The notes: a model not told the origin generated them from the sequence alone. A stretch of 64,000 nucleotides of DNA from Epiperipatus broadwayi (GCA_028023455.1 JAQFVV010000010.1:14880001-14944000), one strand, 5' to 3'. Counted from the stretch's first letter, positions 1 to 12,624 are shown. Numbers and translations: made by a program.

Positions 1-186
1 TTTCAATAAAATGCTGCCACCAGCAAAACACTGAACAGGATTGATTCTGATAGGAAGAAAGTATTTTATAGAAAGAAAAAAAAAAACTGGAGAAAAAAAC
101 AAAATTCTAAAGTACACCAGCATCATAAAATAAAATACAATTCTCTCCAAATTCTGTGAAACTCTTTTAAAAAAGTTGTACTGTGT

Positions 187-639
187 ATTTTTATATTGGA
201 CTATTTCCATCATCTAATATGTATGTTGAATGTCTTTAGAAAAGTTTAATTTTATTTAAATATTCCAAATACATTCAACTGTTAGTAACATCACAGCAAA
301 CAAGTTAGTATATGCACCAACTGTTAGTAATATCACAGCAAATGGGTTAGTATATGCACAACACAACACCTGAAGAAGAGGGGAGAAAAATACCTCTCGA
401 AACATTGTGTATATATATATACTAACCTGTTTGCTGTGATAGTTGGTGCATATACTAACTTGTTTGCTGTAATATTACTAACCTGTTTGCTGTGATATTA
501 CTAACAGTTGGATGTATTTGGAATATTTAAATAAAATTAAACTTTTCTAAAGACATTCAACACACCTATTAGATGATGGAAATAGTCCAATATAAAAATA
601 CAGCTAGAACACCATCATCACAAACCTTCAGGAAAACAA
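187..639 (+). mobile_element. PLE-derived inverted-repeat insertion with central hammerhead motif
   Basis: Arms ~187-358 and ~415-601 are reverse complements and contain ~41-bp internal tandem subrepeats. An HHR motif sits between them. TTGTACTGTGT occurs at 176-186 and 640-650 (possible TSD), leaving a ~38-nt unpaired tail on the right arm. Confidence 0.65.
366..410 (+). ncRNA. Minimal type-I hammerhead ribozyme, helix III damaged
   Basis: ACAC-CTGAAGA-A-GAGGGG-agaaaaata-CCTCTC-GAAA-CATT-GTGT. Helices I and II pair; helix III appears to lack ~2 nt. Confidence 0.6.
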
Positions 640-777
640 TTGTACTGTGTCTTTAAATGTAGATAATATGGAGCTTTCTAAGAAATGATTTTTTGCAGGT
701 TTTTGAAAGCCTAGAGATGTTAATAATTACTTTAATGTCCAAATTTTTTACTCAGTAGATTCAATTATCTGATAGAT

Positions 778-1424
778 CAGGGGTCCCCAACCCTATGCCC
801 GCGGGCACCACGGCGCCCGCAGACCATTTTACATGTGCCCGCCGCTATTCAAACACGATAAAAAATTATTTATCTGATACAGATAAATTTAATTTTTAAA
901 ATTTCTTATAAATTATTGTAATATATATCGTCAAACCGTGTGTTAGAATATATTTGTAATAACTTAATATTTGTGTTAATATTAAAAATGCACACGCATA
1001 TATAATTCGGCTATGTATAGATAACTCAAATCAAATAAATAAATAACAAACTTTTATTGATTTTTTCTAGTGCTTTCAAAGCTATAATCTTCATTTTCAA
1101 GAAGTACAGTATTTCTTCATTTTCACGAAGTGCAAATATGCAAAATAGGACAGATTAAATATGCAAATATGGGTAGGAAAATTTTTCAAATTTACTATTG
1201 TATTATATTGTAATCAAATTGTAGGGCATACTATACTTTTACAGCGTAAAAATATAAACATTAATTATATGTTAAAATTTTATTTTTGAAATATTTTTTT
1301 TGCACATTACGTGTATTATTAACAATATCCAACTATAAATTTACATTGAAACAATAAATGGTGCCTACCACCTTGCCAGTATTGTAGAATGTGCTTTTAG
1401 GTGCAAAAAGGTTGGGGACCCCTG
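778..1424. mobile_element. Non-autonomous hAT element (MITE)
   Basis: Perfect 15-bp TIR CAGGGGTCCCCAACC; 8-bp TSD TGATAGAT/CGATAGAT (770-777, 1425-1432). Confidence 0.9.
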
Positions 1425-2989
1425 CGATAGATGGACTATCTCATTTAGCAGGCTCACTTTTTGTAAATGATGGAAGAAAGAAGTTGAATTGTGAATATTT
1501 TTTCCACAACTTTAGAAAAGACCATAATTACAATTATGCTAGAAAATTTGCAGAAATGAACTCTGTTTTTGTTTTTTGGGCACTGGATTAAATGTGAACA
1601 ATTTCATCAAAACAATGTAAGAAAGCTTCTAGATGATTGTACACTGAAATAAATTTGAAGGCAAAATTTTTTAAAATAATGAAGTATAATGAGAAAGCTT
1701 TTTTAGCATTGAGATTTAAAATTTGTTGATAAATGGCTGAATATTATTATAGTGTGGAGAGGGAGGAAGGATATTGGTGTAGGTAACAATAACCATCAAA
1801 ATCTTAAAGTTATAGGCAAAATAATTTTTTTTTTTTTTAAAGAAGCTGCAGAAATATCACTATCTTTGGATGAAATGACCTGTCAGTAATCACTTTACTC
1901 CACACTCTCAATTGAGCTTAAAATAAAATAATTTTAAGATGTCTCTTTTAAAACAATTACATTAACTTCAGTAAAATAAAATTTCATTTTAATGAATTAG
2001 TATAATTCATTTGTGATTAATGTAACTTAAGTTAAACTTGAAAATAATGTTTGATGTAATTTATTATTATTATTTCAAAACTGCTATAAGAAATTTTTAA
2101 GATTGGCTCATAAAAAGAGTGTGTGTGAATGTTTAGACTGTAGACCAGGGATATCCAACTTACAGGCCACATATGCCACAGGATGTCCATGAATGTGGTC
2201 CAAAACAAAATTATAAACTTACTTAAAACATGAGATTTTTTTTTTGTACTTAGATGTTACAGCGTGACTGAAATAAATGTGCACATGTTCTCGCCATTTG
2301 TATGCGGTTGTGGTTTCAGTTTTATGGCAGAGTGTGGCTTCTAATATGTTATCTTCCAAGCATAGATAATAGAATTGAAAACTTCATATGTTCATGGAGA
2401 CTTGGTAAGATAGTAATTATAAATATTTCAACATACAATTGTAAGATTAAGAGTTTGAAGTTATTTAAAAGGCAGGTAAGCATTCTTATTTTATTAGTAA
2501 AGATGCTTTCATACCTCAGAAAATACTTCATATATCCTGTGTAGTAGAGCTAGTGATCGACTGATAAACATGAGTTTTCTTATTTATCAGCTGATTGGGT
2601 TATTTTGACAGGCTGAAAATCATTGGCTATTAGCCACACATTCTTCTGTCTAATAAGGATATGAAGCACTGCCCTCATGATAGTTGAATCTTTTAATAAG
2701 CTTTGTAAACAAGTACCAATTTATAAGAACTTGTGCTAATTTACATACAGCTTGGTCTCTCTAATAGGACCCCCTTTACAATTGTTCCTCTACCTTGCTC
2801 TGAATGGGTATCTGAGAGGGGTGTGGAAGGCTCAAGTTTTGCTTTTTATTTTCTTCTCAATTAAATTTTATAATAAAAGTAAAAAGTTTCTTATGTATCA
2901 TTAGTATTTTTTTAATCCTAACATGGCTACTATAATGTATGTAAAGAAAAAAACTAAAAAGAAATAAATAGAAAACTTATAAGATTGTT

Positions 2990-3330
2990 CGCTGAAAAAT
3001 GACTATATAACTATCTTTTTGTCAAGGGAAATTGTAAGATGCTCTACTTAATTTGTAGGGAATATATGCAAGTTTTCAAAGACCATGATTTGCAAAGTCA
3101 TTATATATAAAAACATGTTGCCTAATTTAATATATACAGAGAATTGTGATATATGGGCCAAATAACGAATCTGGAAAAGGTCTTTATCTTCTTAAATTTT
3201 TTTTCAAAAGGTTATAACTTAGGCATTCCCAGTTGTAACAACTAATTATGTGGTGGCATATTTAATAGAAAAAAAAATCAAAACCATTCATTGGCAGCAA
3301 TTTTATTAAATAATGTAAAGTTGTTATTAT
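2990..3330 (+). pseudogene. hAT transposase N-terminal fragment (diverged duplicate of ~3975-4290)
   Basis: Aligns by eye to ~3975-4290; encodes KSKPFIGSNFIK, matching the KSKPFTDGEFIK motif. Confidence 0.7.
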
Positions 3331-3338
3331 ATTTTATT

Positions 3339-3958
3339 GAGTGCACAGGAAATATATGTAAATACTTAAACGGGCTTTAACCTGTAACGAATGTGCCTAA
3401 AAATTTCTAGTTGTCAAGCAATATTATTTTGCCAATAGAGAGACCTCACAAACCAAGACACAAGATAGCAACTTTTATAAAGGTAAGAGTGCGGTGTCTT
3501 ACCTTTAACCTAAATTTCTACTTATATAGGCCATACTGAAGCAACCTGATTTGGGAGCAATTGTTGTTCTCTTCACTGTTTAAGTCCACTACTTCTTTAC
3601 TAATTAACATTCATGAAATCTTGCAATTTATAGTGAGTTAATGTTGCGATCTTAATACTGGAAAATCTATAAACTATTGTAAAGTTGTAAGATCGCAACA
3701 TTAAGTCACTGTAAATCACAAGATTTTGTGAAGGTTAATTAGTAAAGAAATAGTGGACTTAAACAGTGAAGAGAATAACAACTTCAGCCTATATAAGTAG
3801 AAATTTAGGTTAAAGATAAGATGCCACTCTTATCTTTATAAAAGTCGCTCGCTTGTGTTGTGGTTTGTGAGATCCCTCCATCGGCAAAATAATATTGTTT
3901 GACTATTAGAAATTTTAAATCATTTGTTACAGGTTAAAGCCTGTTTAAGTATTTACAT
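3339..3958. mobile_element. Foldback/MITE-like element with ~300-bp inverted arms
   Basis: Near-complete palindrome centred ~3660-3690. Left terminus GAGTGCACAG; right end truncated. A second copy of the right end lies at 63877-64000. Confidence 0.75.
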
Positions 3959-3974
3959 AACCATTGTAAGGAAA

Positions 3975-5480
3975 ATGTGACAGCTATAATTTGCCCCAAA
4001 AGGGGGGAGATAATGAGACAAATTTGTGTAAGTTTTCAAAGATTATGATTTGTAAAGGCATTAAATGTAAAAACATGATGCTGAATTTAATGCATATAAA
4101 GAATTGTGTCGTAAGGACCAAATATCAGAACTGGAAAAAGTCTATCTGCTTACTAAAATTTTTTTTCAAAATTCTATAGATGGATTCCATTGTAAAAGCT
4201 GATTATATGATAGCATATTTCACAACAAAAAAATCAAAACCATTCACTGATGGAGAGTTTATTAAGCAATGTAAAATGTAGCAGATATAATTTGCTCTGA
4301 AAAAAAAAGAATCAGTTTGTCTTATAAGACTATATGTAGCTAAGCAAATTGAAAAAATTGTGAAAAATCTATTAAAACAAGTTAGAAGAATAAAGTTGCT
4401 AAATTTAAATTTCATGCTTTGGCAATGAATAATAGCACTAATACTACAAATATGGCTCAGTTTGCTATTTTATTAGAGGTGTTGTTGATAAATAGAATGT
4501 CACTGAAGAAATGAACTCTTTAGTGGCATTAAAAAACACAACTAAGTCAAGAGATTTATATGAATATGAAACAGTAAAAAAAATATTATTTTTTTTTTGT
4601 TCATTGTGAACTTATAGGGAAAATTGCTATCCAACCCTCACATAATCTTGAACAGAATTATGTACAAAATCTTTAAAAATGGATAACGTCATGCAAATCA
4701 TTATCAAGGAATTTCTTAAAACTATTGTTTCTGGATAGGGTGATAATTTATTTTTCCATAGTAAGATATCTAAGAGGAGGCCAAATGTTGAAAAGATTTT
4801 ATGATTTGTGATGTGGTAATAAGTTGTTTATGATATTGAAGAATAAACTTGTGCCGGAAGTTGAAGATAAAAAGTTAACTTATGGATGTACTATTTTTAA
4901 TAGATTTAACCACTCATTCAAATGAGTTAAACATGCATCTTCAAGGTAAAACCAACTTATTAATATAATGTATCAAATCATAACAGTGTTCCAAATGAAA
5001 CCAAAATTATGACAAGCTTTAATTAAGGCAATCTTTTATGCATTTAACACCTCGACCAAACATAGTTTGATACAAGAATTATTAAAACAGAATTTAAGAT
5101 TTTTAGGAAAATATAATTGTTTTGCTATATTTGTAATTCCATTTTTAGTCGACATATATTACTTGTCAATTTTTATATAAAATGCATAGAGTTGCCATCT
5201 GACATTCAATTTACATGTTTCTTTACTGGACTTTTATAGATTCGATTTTCCTAGATACAAACTTTCTTTGATTTACAAAAATACCTTATTCATTCCATCG
5301 CTTTTTGGGGCACTTATATTTGTGAGCAACTATTTTCAAAAATGAAATACATTAAAAGTAAAATTAGAACTACAATATTTAATGAGCACATTCATTAAGG
5401 AGTCATTGAGAATTGCAACTACTTCCACCATTTCAGAGACTGATAGATTAGTTTTTCAAATACAATGTCAAATGTATCAC
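3975..5480 (+). pseudogene. Disrupted hAT transposase, GTF2IRD2/SPIN-like
   Basis: Motifs KSKPFTDGEFIKQC and YICEQLFSKMKYIKSKIRTT...ESLRIATTS; many stops and frameshifts. Confidence 0.85.
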
Positions 5481-5622
5481 TGATTTTATGTTGTCCTCTT
5501 TTCTTTTACTTTTGTAATATTAAAAAAAAACACCAATAATATTTGATTACTTATATATGTACATTTTCTATATTATTGATCGTAAATATTAGAGAAAAAA
5601 GAATATAGTTAATAATAAATTT

Positions 5623-5663
5623 GGCTGAACGTTTTCGAGGAACCGTGCCTCATACTCATAGCC
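5623..5663 (-). ncRNA. Type-I hammerhead ribozyme, A3:U8 core variant
   Basis: Exact reverse complement of 5974-6014; lies downstream of the GIY-YIG stop on the minus strand. Confidence 0.75.
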
Positions 5664-5724
5664 TTAGTGAAAATGTACTTAATATATGTAAATGAGAATA
5701 TTCAAATGAGTTACTGTTACGTAG

Positions 5725-5903
5725 CCCATTTTTTCGAGATGTCGAAGCACGTGTCTCTTCTGTTGATTGCATGGATATCTCTGTTAATGTAGAATGCCTC
5801 CTTTATTTTTCTCCTGTAGTCGTTTGGTTCTGAGCATAAAATAACGGGGTTAGCGGGTATGAAATCGTGCCCTGATTGTTTAGTATGTTCAAAAAATGCA
5901 GAA
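5725..5903 (-). pseudogene. PLE GIY-YIG endonuclease C-terminal fragment
   Basis: Translates as SAFFEHTKQSGHDFIPANPVILCSEPNDYRRKIKEAFYINRDIHAINRRDTCFDISKKW, typical of the PLE endonuclease tail (H...H, RKIKEA.YI, INR). Confidence 0.85.
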
Positions 5904-5973
5904 GAAAATGGGCTACGTAACAGTAACTCATTTGAATATTCTCATTTACATATATTAAGTACATTTTCACTAA

Positions 5974-6014
5974 GGCTATGAGTATGAGGCACGGTTCCTC
6001 GAAAACGTTCAGCC
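5974..6014 (+). ncRNA. Type-I hammerhead ribozyme, A3:U8 core variant
   Basis: GGCT-ATGAGTA-T-GAGG-cacggtt-CCTC-GAAA-ACGT-TC-AGCC; palindromic helix III AACGTT; all helices pair. Confidence 0.75.
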
Positions 6015-8995
6015 AAATTTATTATTAATTATATTCTTTTTTCTCTAATATTTACAATTAAGTATTTTTATTATTACAAATAAGGAGAAATTAAAACCAC
6101 ATATATTATTGATCCTAAATTTGGAATGTGCTCAATGATTTTAAAACATTTTTTGAATGGGCTGCTGAATAATCAAGATTATTATGTGAGAATTTTTTTT
6201 TGCTTATCTATGACAGTAGAAAATTATGCAACAGGTATTTTTTTTCTTGTAAACTTTCTGTGATGTTTGTGTATTTAATGTGTGGCCCAAGACAATTTTT
6301 CTTTTTTCAATATGGCTCAAAGACTCCAAAGTTGGACATTCATGCTGTAAACATTAAAAAAAAAAACTATGGCAGCTAATGCTTTAAGGATATCTGCATT
6401 TTATTCTAAAGGCTTGGGCTCTGTATCAAAACTAAACATTCTTAATAAATTGATTCCAACAGAGGAAAATGGGAGGAAACAATTTTATCTGCCATATTAA
6501 AAGAAACTATGATTGTTTGTCTACAATTTTAATGTAGTTTAATCTCTTGAGAAACTGAACATACTTTTAAATAACCAAAAGTATGCTTGTATAAATTCCG
6601 ATTAACGATTTAAACATATACTTTGGCAAAATGATAATAATGATAAATGTTAATAAAATCATATTTGATGATTCGCCTTTTGGCTTGAAATTTATATGCA
6701 CAAGACTTTTTTCAGTAGATGGCCGATACTCAACTCACCTACGCATCTCATTATCGGTTGGGCAAATGGGTATCTAACTAGATGATAAAATAAAAGTGTC
6801 AAATGCCAAATCTTTAATCTCATTTGGTAAATCTTTTTTCCTTCTAGGTTCATTTTGGAAGGTTGTTGGAAAGGTTTTTATCCTTTAGGCTATTTAAATT
6901 AAGACTTTATTTTTGTATTTACATTTTAAAACATATTTTTTTCTGAACTGTGCAACTTCTGTTTGTATTTTTGACCTGAATGGTTTAGTCTTGACTTGTT
7001 ATTGATAAAACTGAAATTGCTTTTAAAAAGTGTTAGCTTTTTAGTATTTTTGTAATGGATTTTTTAAATTAAGTTGGGCATTTAAAAAACTGATTGAAAT
7101 AATTGTCTGATTAAAATATTAAATTTTTCCTAGTTTCAACTTGCAATTTTTCTGGAATTTTATTATTTAAAGTTTTTTTTCACCAACATAAAAATTTGCA
7201 TTTGTTTTGAAAAACATAGTGGTGGGCATGTCTGCCTGAAGGTAGTAACTCTTCCAATTGGCCTTTTTTCCTCCATGTTTTTAAGTGGAGAGGAGTAGCG
7301 ACACACACGCAAACAAAAGCTTAATAGAAACTAATTTTACTTCTTCCCGATTTAATACATTTTAAATCTAGAAAAGTGTGACATTATGTGTGGTAAATGT
7401 AAAAAAAAAAAAAAGATTTTAAATACTTATTACTAATGAATGGAAAAAATTGTTGATTGCTACTGTTGTTTTTACAAGTTATTTAACTTTATTAAATTAT
7501 TCGGAGTCTCCCTATCTGCTGTTACGTTTTCTATTTGTTGGAAGGTGTTCTATTAACTTTTACAGTTTATTAAGTTATTTTAAAAATGTTTAGCCTGCAG
7601 TTAAAAAGTGAGGAAATTATTACAACAGCTATGTAAGGGCTAGTTATATCTTGACTTGCTAGAGGCTTTATTTACAACTCACCCTGGAGGTCAGTTTGAA
7701 CACTTTATCATATCTTTTTGGCTGGCACCACTGTCAAAATTTTAGACTAGGTTATGAGGTTCTTGTAAGTCTGCAAAAACTAGTACATTATAATTTTAAG
7801 ATTTATTCATAAAATAGTAAAAATGTTTCCTTTAATAAAATTTATTATTAACAGATTTTATATGTATATATAAGGTGATGTCTTTGACATGTTTTGATAT
7901 ATGTAATATACTGTTTAAAATTTAAGAAAAGGAAGGAAAATAAAAACTATCATTTCTTTGTACTAAGTAAAATATTTAACAAAAATATATTGCTTTTCCT
8001 ATAGATAAAATAAAAGAGTGCCCATTATTAACCATGCTTCTGAGAGCTTGAGTCTTTTTTCACTCTTGTTTTACTCTCTGAATACTTGTAATATGCCCTG
8101 ATTTTCAATTGTATTCAAAAATGTAAAGAGATTGCTATACTAGGCTAAATGTTTTTCCTCAGAACAAATGTCAACAGCAAGGTGGAGACAGTTATTTTCT
8201 AATCTATGTTATGGTGTAGAAAACATAAGTACAGGTTAGTTTACATTGAGAATTTTACATATAGGGTGATTTGTCTCAAATCATATCAGTTTATCTGTTA
8301 TTAATTATCAGCTGTATATAAGATATATAAACAGAAAGTTAGTAATTCTATGCTAAACATTTATCCTCAAAATGCCAAAAGAAAATCAATAGTAAATCAT
8401 CTATTATCTGGTCACTAACAGCATACAAACATTATCATTTTTTTTGCTCCTGCAAATTTCTTTCTAATCAAGTAAATAAATGGAAGCAATACGTTTTTGT
8501 TTTGTTTTTTTTTTAAAAAGCAATTATTTGCTAATAAATCATATTAAAATAATAATAATGAAAATGGTTTATTGTTCAGAGATTTTATAAGAAGCTAGAT
8601 CATCAGAAGTGATGTACTCATCAGAATTTTACAATATTCTAGGTTTAGTGTTACAAAGCTTTAATAATCAATCCTTATAGAGCCAAATATTTTTTCATAT
8701 TCGATATATACAATGGGGAAAAAAGTAACTGATATTTAGTTTTTATAATATCTTTGGAAATTTGAATGGGTTTTTATTATGCTGCAACTATTTCTAAATC
8801 CTGCTTGGTTGAGGAGGAGTTGTAATGATGTACTTACTTATCTTTTGCAAAACTTCTAATTTTGTTTTCATCTTAAATAATTTAACAACTACTATCTTCT
8901 CTACCTATTTGGTAGAAATCCATTGTTAGCAATGTATTTCCAAGAAATATATATGTAAGGCAAGAATAGTCTGAAAAAATTTGTGCGATGTAGTG

Positions 8996-9037
8996 ATCTC
9001 ATTGAAAAATGCCATTAGACCGAAACTAATCTGGGAT
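8996..9037 (+). ncRNA. Degenerate type-I hammerhead, U3:A8 core variant
   Basis: ATCTCA-TTGAAAA-A-TGCC-atta-GACC-GAAA-CTAA-TC-TGGGAT; 6-bp helix I intact, helix II has two mismatches. Confidence 0.55.
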
Positions 9038-11820
9038 CTGATTGGCACTACTGTTACCTTCTGTTTATTTACATTGCTGTACAAAATGGATTATTTCTAT
9101 TCATGTAGATATTAAATATAATAAACTAGAAGAGCCAAAGCATTGATTTATATATTTGGGATACAAAGTTTGTATAAAGTTATTTTGTTTTTTCGTTTGT
9201 TTGTTTTTTAAATGATTATAATTTTACCCAAAACATAATGAGTTGATAAAATGGATATATTACTAAAAGTTGTCATCAAAATATTTTGCAATATTTTTCA
9301 AAAGATAATCAAAATACTCATTCCCACCTATTCAAAATATTATTGTCATTGTGTATTTCTGTTGATGGATGTAATAAAATTGTAATATCATTTTTCAGAC
9401 CCATATGCTTGTTTTCAATGCATCAAAAAAGAATGTAAAATGATTACAATTTGGCAATTGTCTTTATCTTCTTCAGTGTTTTAACCTGAAGTCTAATTAT
9501 CAACCATTGAACTTTTACTTTTAAATTTATATTTTTTATGAAGCTTTTTCTCTGTTAAGCAGAAAATGTCACTTTTTTTTTTGTTTGTTTTTTTAAATCA
9601 ATCACTATTAATAAAATAATTAAAAACCAATCATGATTCTTATTTTTAGTGAATCCATAGCAGAACACATTCTTTAAGAGAATTCCCTCCCTGTCTCAGC
9701 AACATGACAATCGTGAAGGTCCAAAATAGCAATTTTAATAATCAATAGCTATTAAAATTCAACACATATGATTGATATTTTTAAAAAATTAATATCATTT
9801 TGTTGTGTATATAAGGTTGAAGTAAAATCTATTTTTAATGCTATTATCATTTTAGTTTTGGAACTTATTAATCCATGATCGAAAAATCTGAACCCTAAGT
9901 GCTTACATAATATGAATTTCTGACTTCTAATTTAATGTAATCTATTAAATGCCATTATTTTCACTATGAATGCATCTATGTTCTTTTTTTTTAAAGTGAT
10001 TTTTCTGCCGAAACAAAATGTTTATGATAGTCAATCCTTGTCTTTTGAAAAAATTCATTAAGACCAAACTTTTGGATTTTATACTACCCACACCATTATT
10101 TCCACCAACTTATGGTCAACGTCTATTATTTGTGATACTTGCTTTAAAGTTTCCAAGAGGAAAAATTTGATTTTTTAATAATATTATTTGTCCAGCAATA
10201 AAAAAACCATAAAGTCTATGAATTTAATGTTGCAGCATATGCACCAACGACATGAGCACGATCATCATTTTGCACTCCAAGTTTTGACATCATCAGCCTT
10301 TTATTGATACATAAAAGAAGTCAAAGAATGACTTGATCAGCAAAATAGAATACCATGCACACTCCTTTTACTGTTTCCTTCTAAAAAAAAAAAGAGTAAC
10401 CATCTAACTGTTCTTTTAAACTTCCTTCTTCTGGAAGATAAGTTTCACTTAAGGCAACTTTATTGATCTTAAATCTTGACAATTATTCAGTTACTAATGT
10501 CATCCTCCATTTTAACTTGAATAATTTATTTCAAATAAAATTTGCACATTCCACTTATCTATATTTAGACCAAAAATAGATTTAATGCACTTCCCTTTTA
10601 GTACTACCACTACCTCCTACTTTACAGAGTAGCTTAATCAGTCTATGTGAAATAGACCATTAAAGGCTATTTTCTAGGCCACTTCCATTTACATGTCCTA
10701 AATAAAAGCTAGCTAAATAAATATTAGTCCAACTGAAAGTCCTATCTCAAGTCATATTTGAGTGACTGTTGTCTTGCCTTGAGCTAAAATCATATTTAAA
10801 GATTGCTAGTTCATTAAATATAACTCTTTCATTGCTTGTTTAATTCTCAACAGTTTGAACTAAAAAAAAAAGATTAGTGAAAAAATGTATGTATATAGTT
10901 AAGGAATGAAAATTTGATTGCACAAACATGCAATCCCATTGTCATAACTATTATGAGAATTATGTCATGATGCTCTGGTCTTATACTAACTTAAATGACT
11001 ACCAATGGAAAAACAGAAGACACAAAAGTCTGTTCACTTAAATGACTAAAGAAGGAAAAGAGAGAGAGACAGAAAAGTCTGTTTGATCAAATTGGACTTG
11101 ACCTTTGATGAACCAACATTCTGTCCTACAAAGCAGCAGGAGGCTCTTTGGGTCAAGCACTTTTATTTTTCACAGTTAGCTATCATATGTGAGAATCATT
11201 CTATTATCCACCAATGATGGGAAGCGCATTTGATGATATGAGATCATCAGACAATAAATTACTTTTCAAATTTTGATGTGTTTAGTCTTTTTAGTAGTAC
11301 TTATATATATATCTTTTTAGCGTCTCTTTTTTTTTAGTTTGAAGATTATCTTGCAAAATTATGTTGGGATGAAATAGATATGTGGATATTAACTCTATGG
11401 AGGATTGATTTAAAGTTAAAATTTAAAATATTCAGATAACCTTTAATTTTGAATGTCTGATAATTAAATTTAGAACTTTTAATGTATTTTTCAATTTTTA
11501 ACATACTGTAAGTATCAGTCATAATAACAAGCAATTAAGATTTTAGAAATGTCAAATTTAATTTGATCACATAATTTTAAAATATCTGATGCACTGTTAA
11601 GCCGTAAAAGTGATCTTCTAAATAAAAAAGATGTTCATTTGAAATATGAATTATAGGGAGTTTTTGTATGATTGTTTTATTATTATTACACCCAAACAAA
11701 CTTTTTTTCTTCTCTATTTTTGTTAGTATCATCATTAAAGTTTATTTTGTATACATTTGTAGCTAATGCTTATCAGTGTTAAAATTGAGCAAAACATTTT
11801 TTGTTGTTGTTTTTTTAAAT

Positions 11821-12090
11821 CATTATCATCAACCATTATCAATCCACTGCAGGATGAAGGTCTCTCCAAGTTTAATCCATCTCCGGTCTTTAGCTTCTCT
11901 TCTCCACATCACCCCCCCCCCGCCCGCACACTTTCTTATTTCATTCATCCATCTCACATGTGGTCTCTTTCTGTGTCTTTACAATCTCTTGGAATCCAGT
12001 TTAAGATTTCACTTGTCCATCTATTATCATCTCTTCTAGCAATATGTCCAGCCCAACTCCACTTCAGTCTTTTAATTTTTTTAATGTCAT
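11821..12090 (-). mobile_element. RTE-clade LINE 3' fragment
   Basis: Minus strand KWSWAGHIARRDDNRWTSEILNWIPRD...LQWIDNG followed by a (TGA)n-like tail; homologous to 47085 and 51574. Confidence 0.85.
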
Positions 12091-12490
12091 TTTTTTTAAA
12101 ACACCATCATTTATTTTCTTAAATAGCCTTTCTTGGGCTGTCTTTGGGTCTTTGTCTAGAGATACAATTGAATTAGTTTTTAATAATTACAAACAAATGA
12201 TTACAAAAACTTCAGTCATTTTGATACATTTGATGAAAAGAAAAACATTTATCGAGAGCTTTGTTTTTTATTACTGCAATTCATTATGATAGGAAAAAGA
12301 ATAAAGACTTCATATACGTATTTTTTTATATAATTTGCTATAAAATAGTAGTTGCGCATTATATTTAATAGTAAAATATTATTTGCCAAATTTATTAATA
12401 ACTGTGTATTCCATAAAACAAACCAGTATTTATTGTATTTGCCAGTATCCACTTTATGAAATAATAGATATACAAAGAAAAAGCTTTCAT

Positions 12491-12624
12491 AAAATATGTT
12501 TTTAAACAGGTGCTTAGCCGGCTTTGACTATTACCAAGTCATAGACCTAGCATAAGTTGGAAGGTGGAAAGTGGGTGTAATTGTCGAAAGACGGCTAAGC
12601 ACATACTGTTTAAAAACGTATTTT
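12491..12624. mobile_element. Small PLE-type inverted repeat with degenerate hammerhead
   Basis: Arms 12491-12535 and 12577-12624. Minus 12511-12553: TGCT-AGGTCTA-T-GACT-tggtaat-AGTC-(G)AAA-GCCGGCT-A-AGCA; the right arm supplies GTC-GAAA. Confidence 0.55.

Larger units (their letters stand above)
5579..6058 (-). mobile_element. Young 5'-truncated Penelope-like element with inverted pLTR
   Basis: Arms 5579-5732 and 5905-6058 differ at ~2 positions and flank a GIY-YIG C-terminal fragment; each arm carries an HHR. Nested in the hAT element. Confidence 0.9.
2146..6344 (+). mobile_element. Decayed hAT (Charlie/SPIN/Buster-type) DNA transposon with nested insertions
   Basis: TIRs CAGGGATATCCAAC / GTTGGACATTCATG; TSD CTGTAGAC/CTGTAAAC (2138-2145, 6345-6352) with central TA; transposase remnants inside. 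May be a composite of two copies. Confidence 0.8.

Noticed and set aside
277-520. ~41-bp repeats as a CRISPR-like array
   Set aside because: These are adjacent subrepeats without unique spacers inside PLE inverted arms, in eukaryotic-type sequence with no cas genes.
6365-6432. Twister-ribozyme-like string on minus (GAGCCCAAGCC...GAATAAAATGCAGA...TTAAAGCATT)
   Set aside because: The L4-like CCCAAGC and a P2-like pair are present, but the GG needed for pseudoknot T1 and a P1 stem are absent.
6480-6800. Possible PLE RT remnant on minus
   Set aside because: Only vague resemblance across shifting frames; no diagnostic motif intact.
8163-8234. Possible plus-strand coding exon (EQMSTARWRQLFSNLCYGVENIST) with good splice sites, and a 33-nt candidate near 13506
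   Set aside because: The peptide is unrecognised and no consistent multi-exon model could be built; RNA-seq is needed.
8600-8640. Two CTGATGA motifs on minus
   Set aside because: No helix II/GAAA/UH follows.
10217-10381. Minus-strand exon-like frame with one in-frame TGA (possible selenocysteine)
   Set aside because: No recognisable protein similarity and no convincing SECIS geometry downstream.
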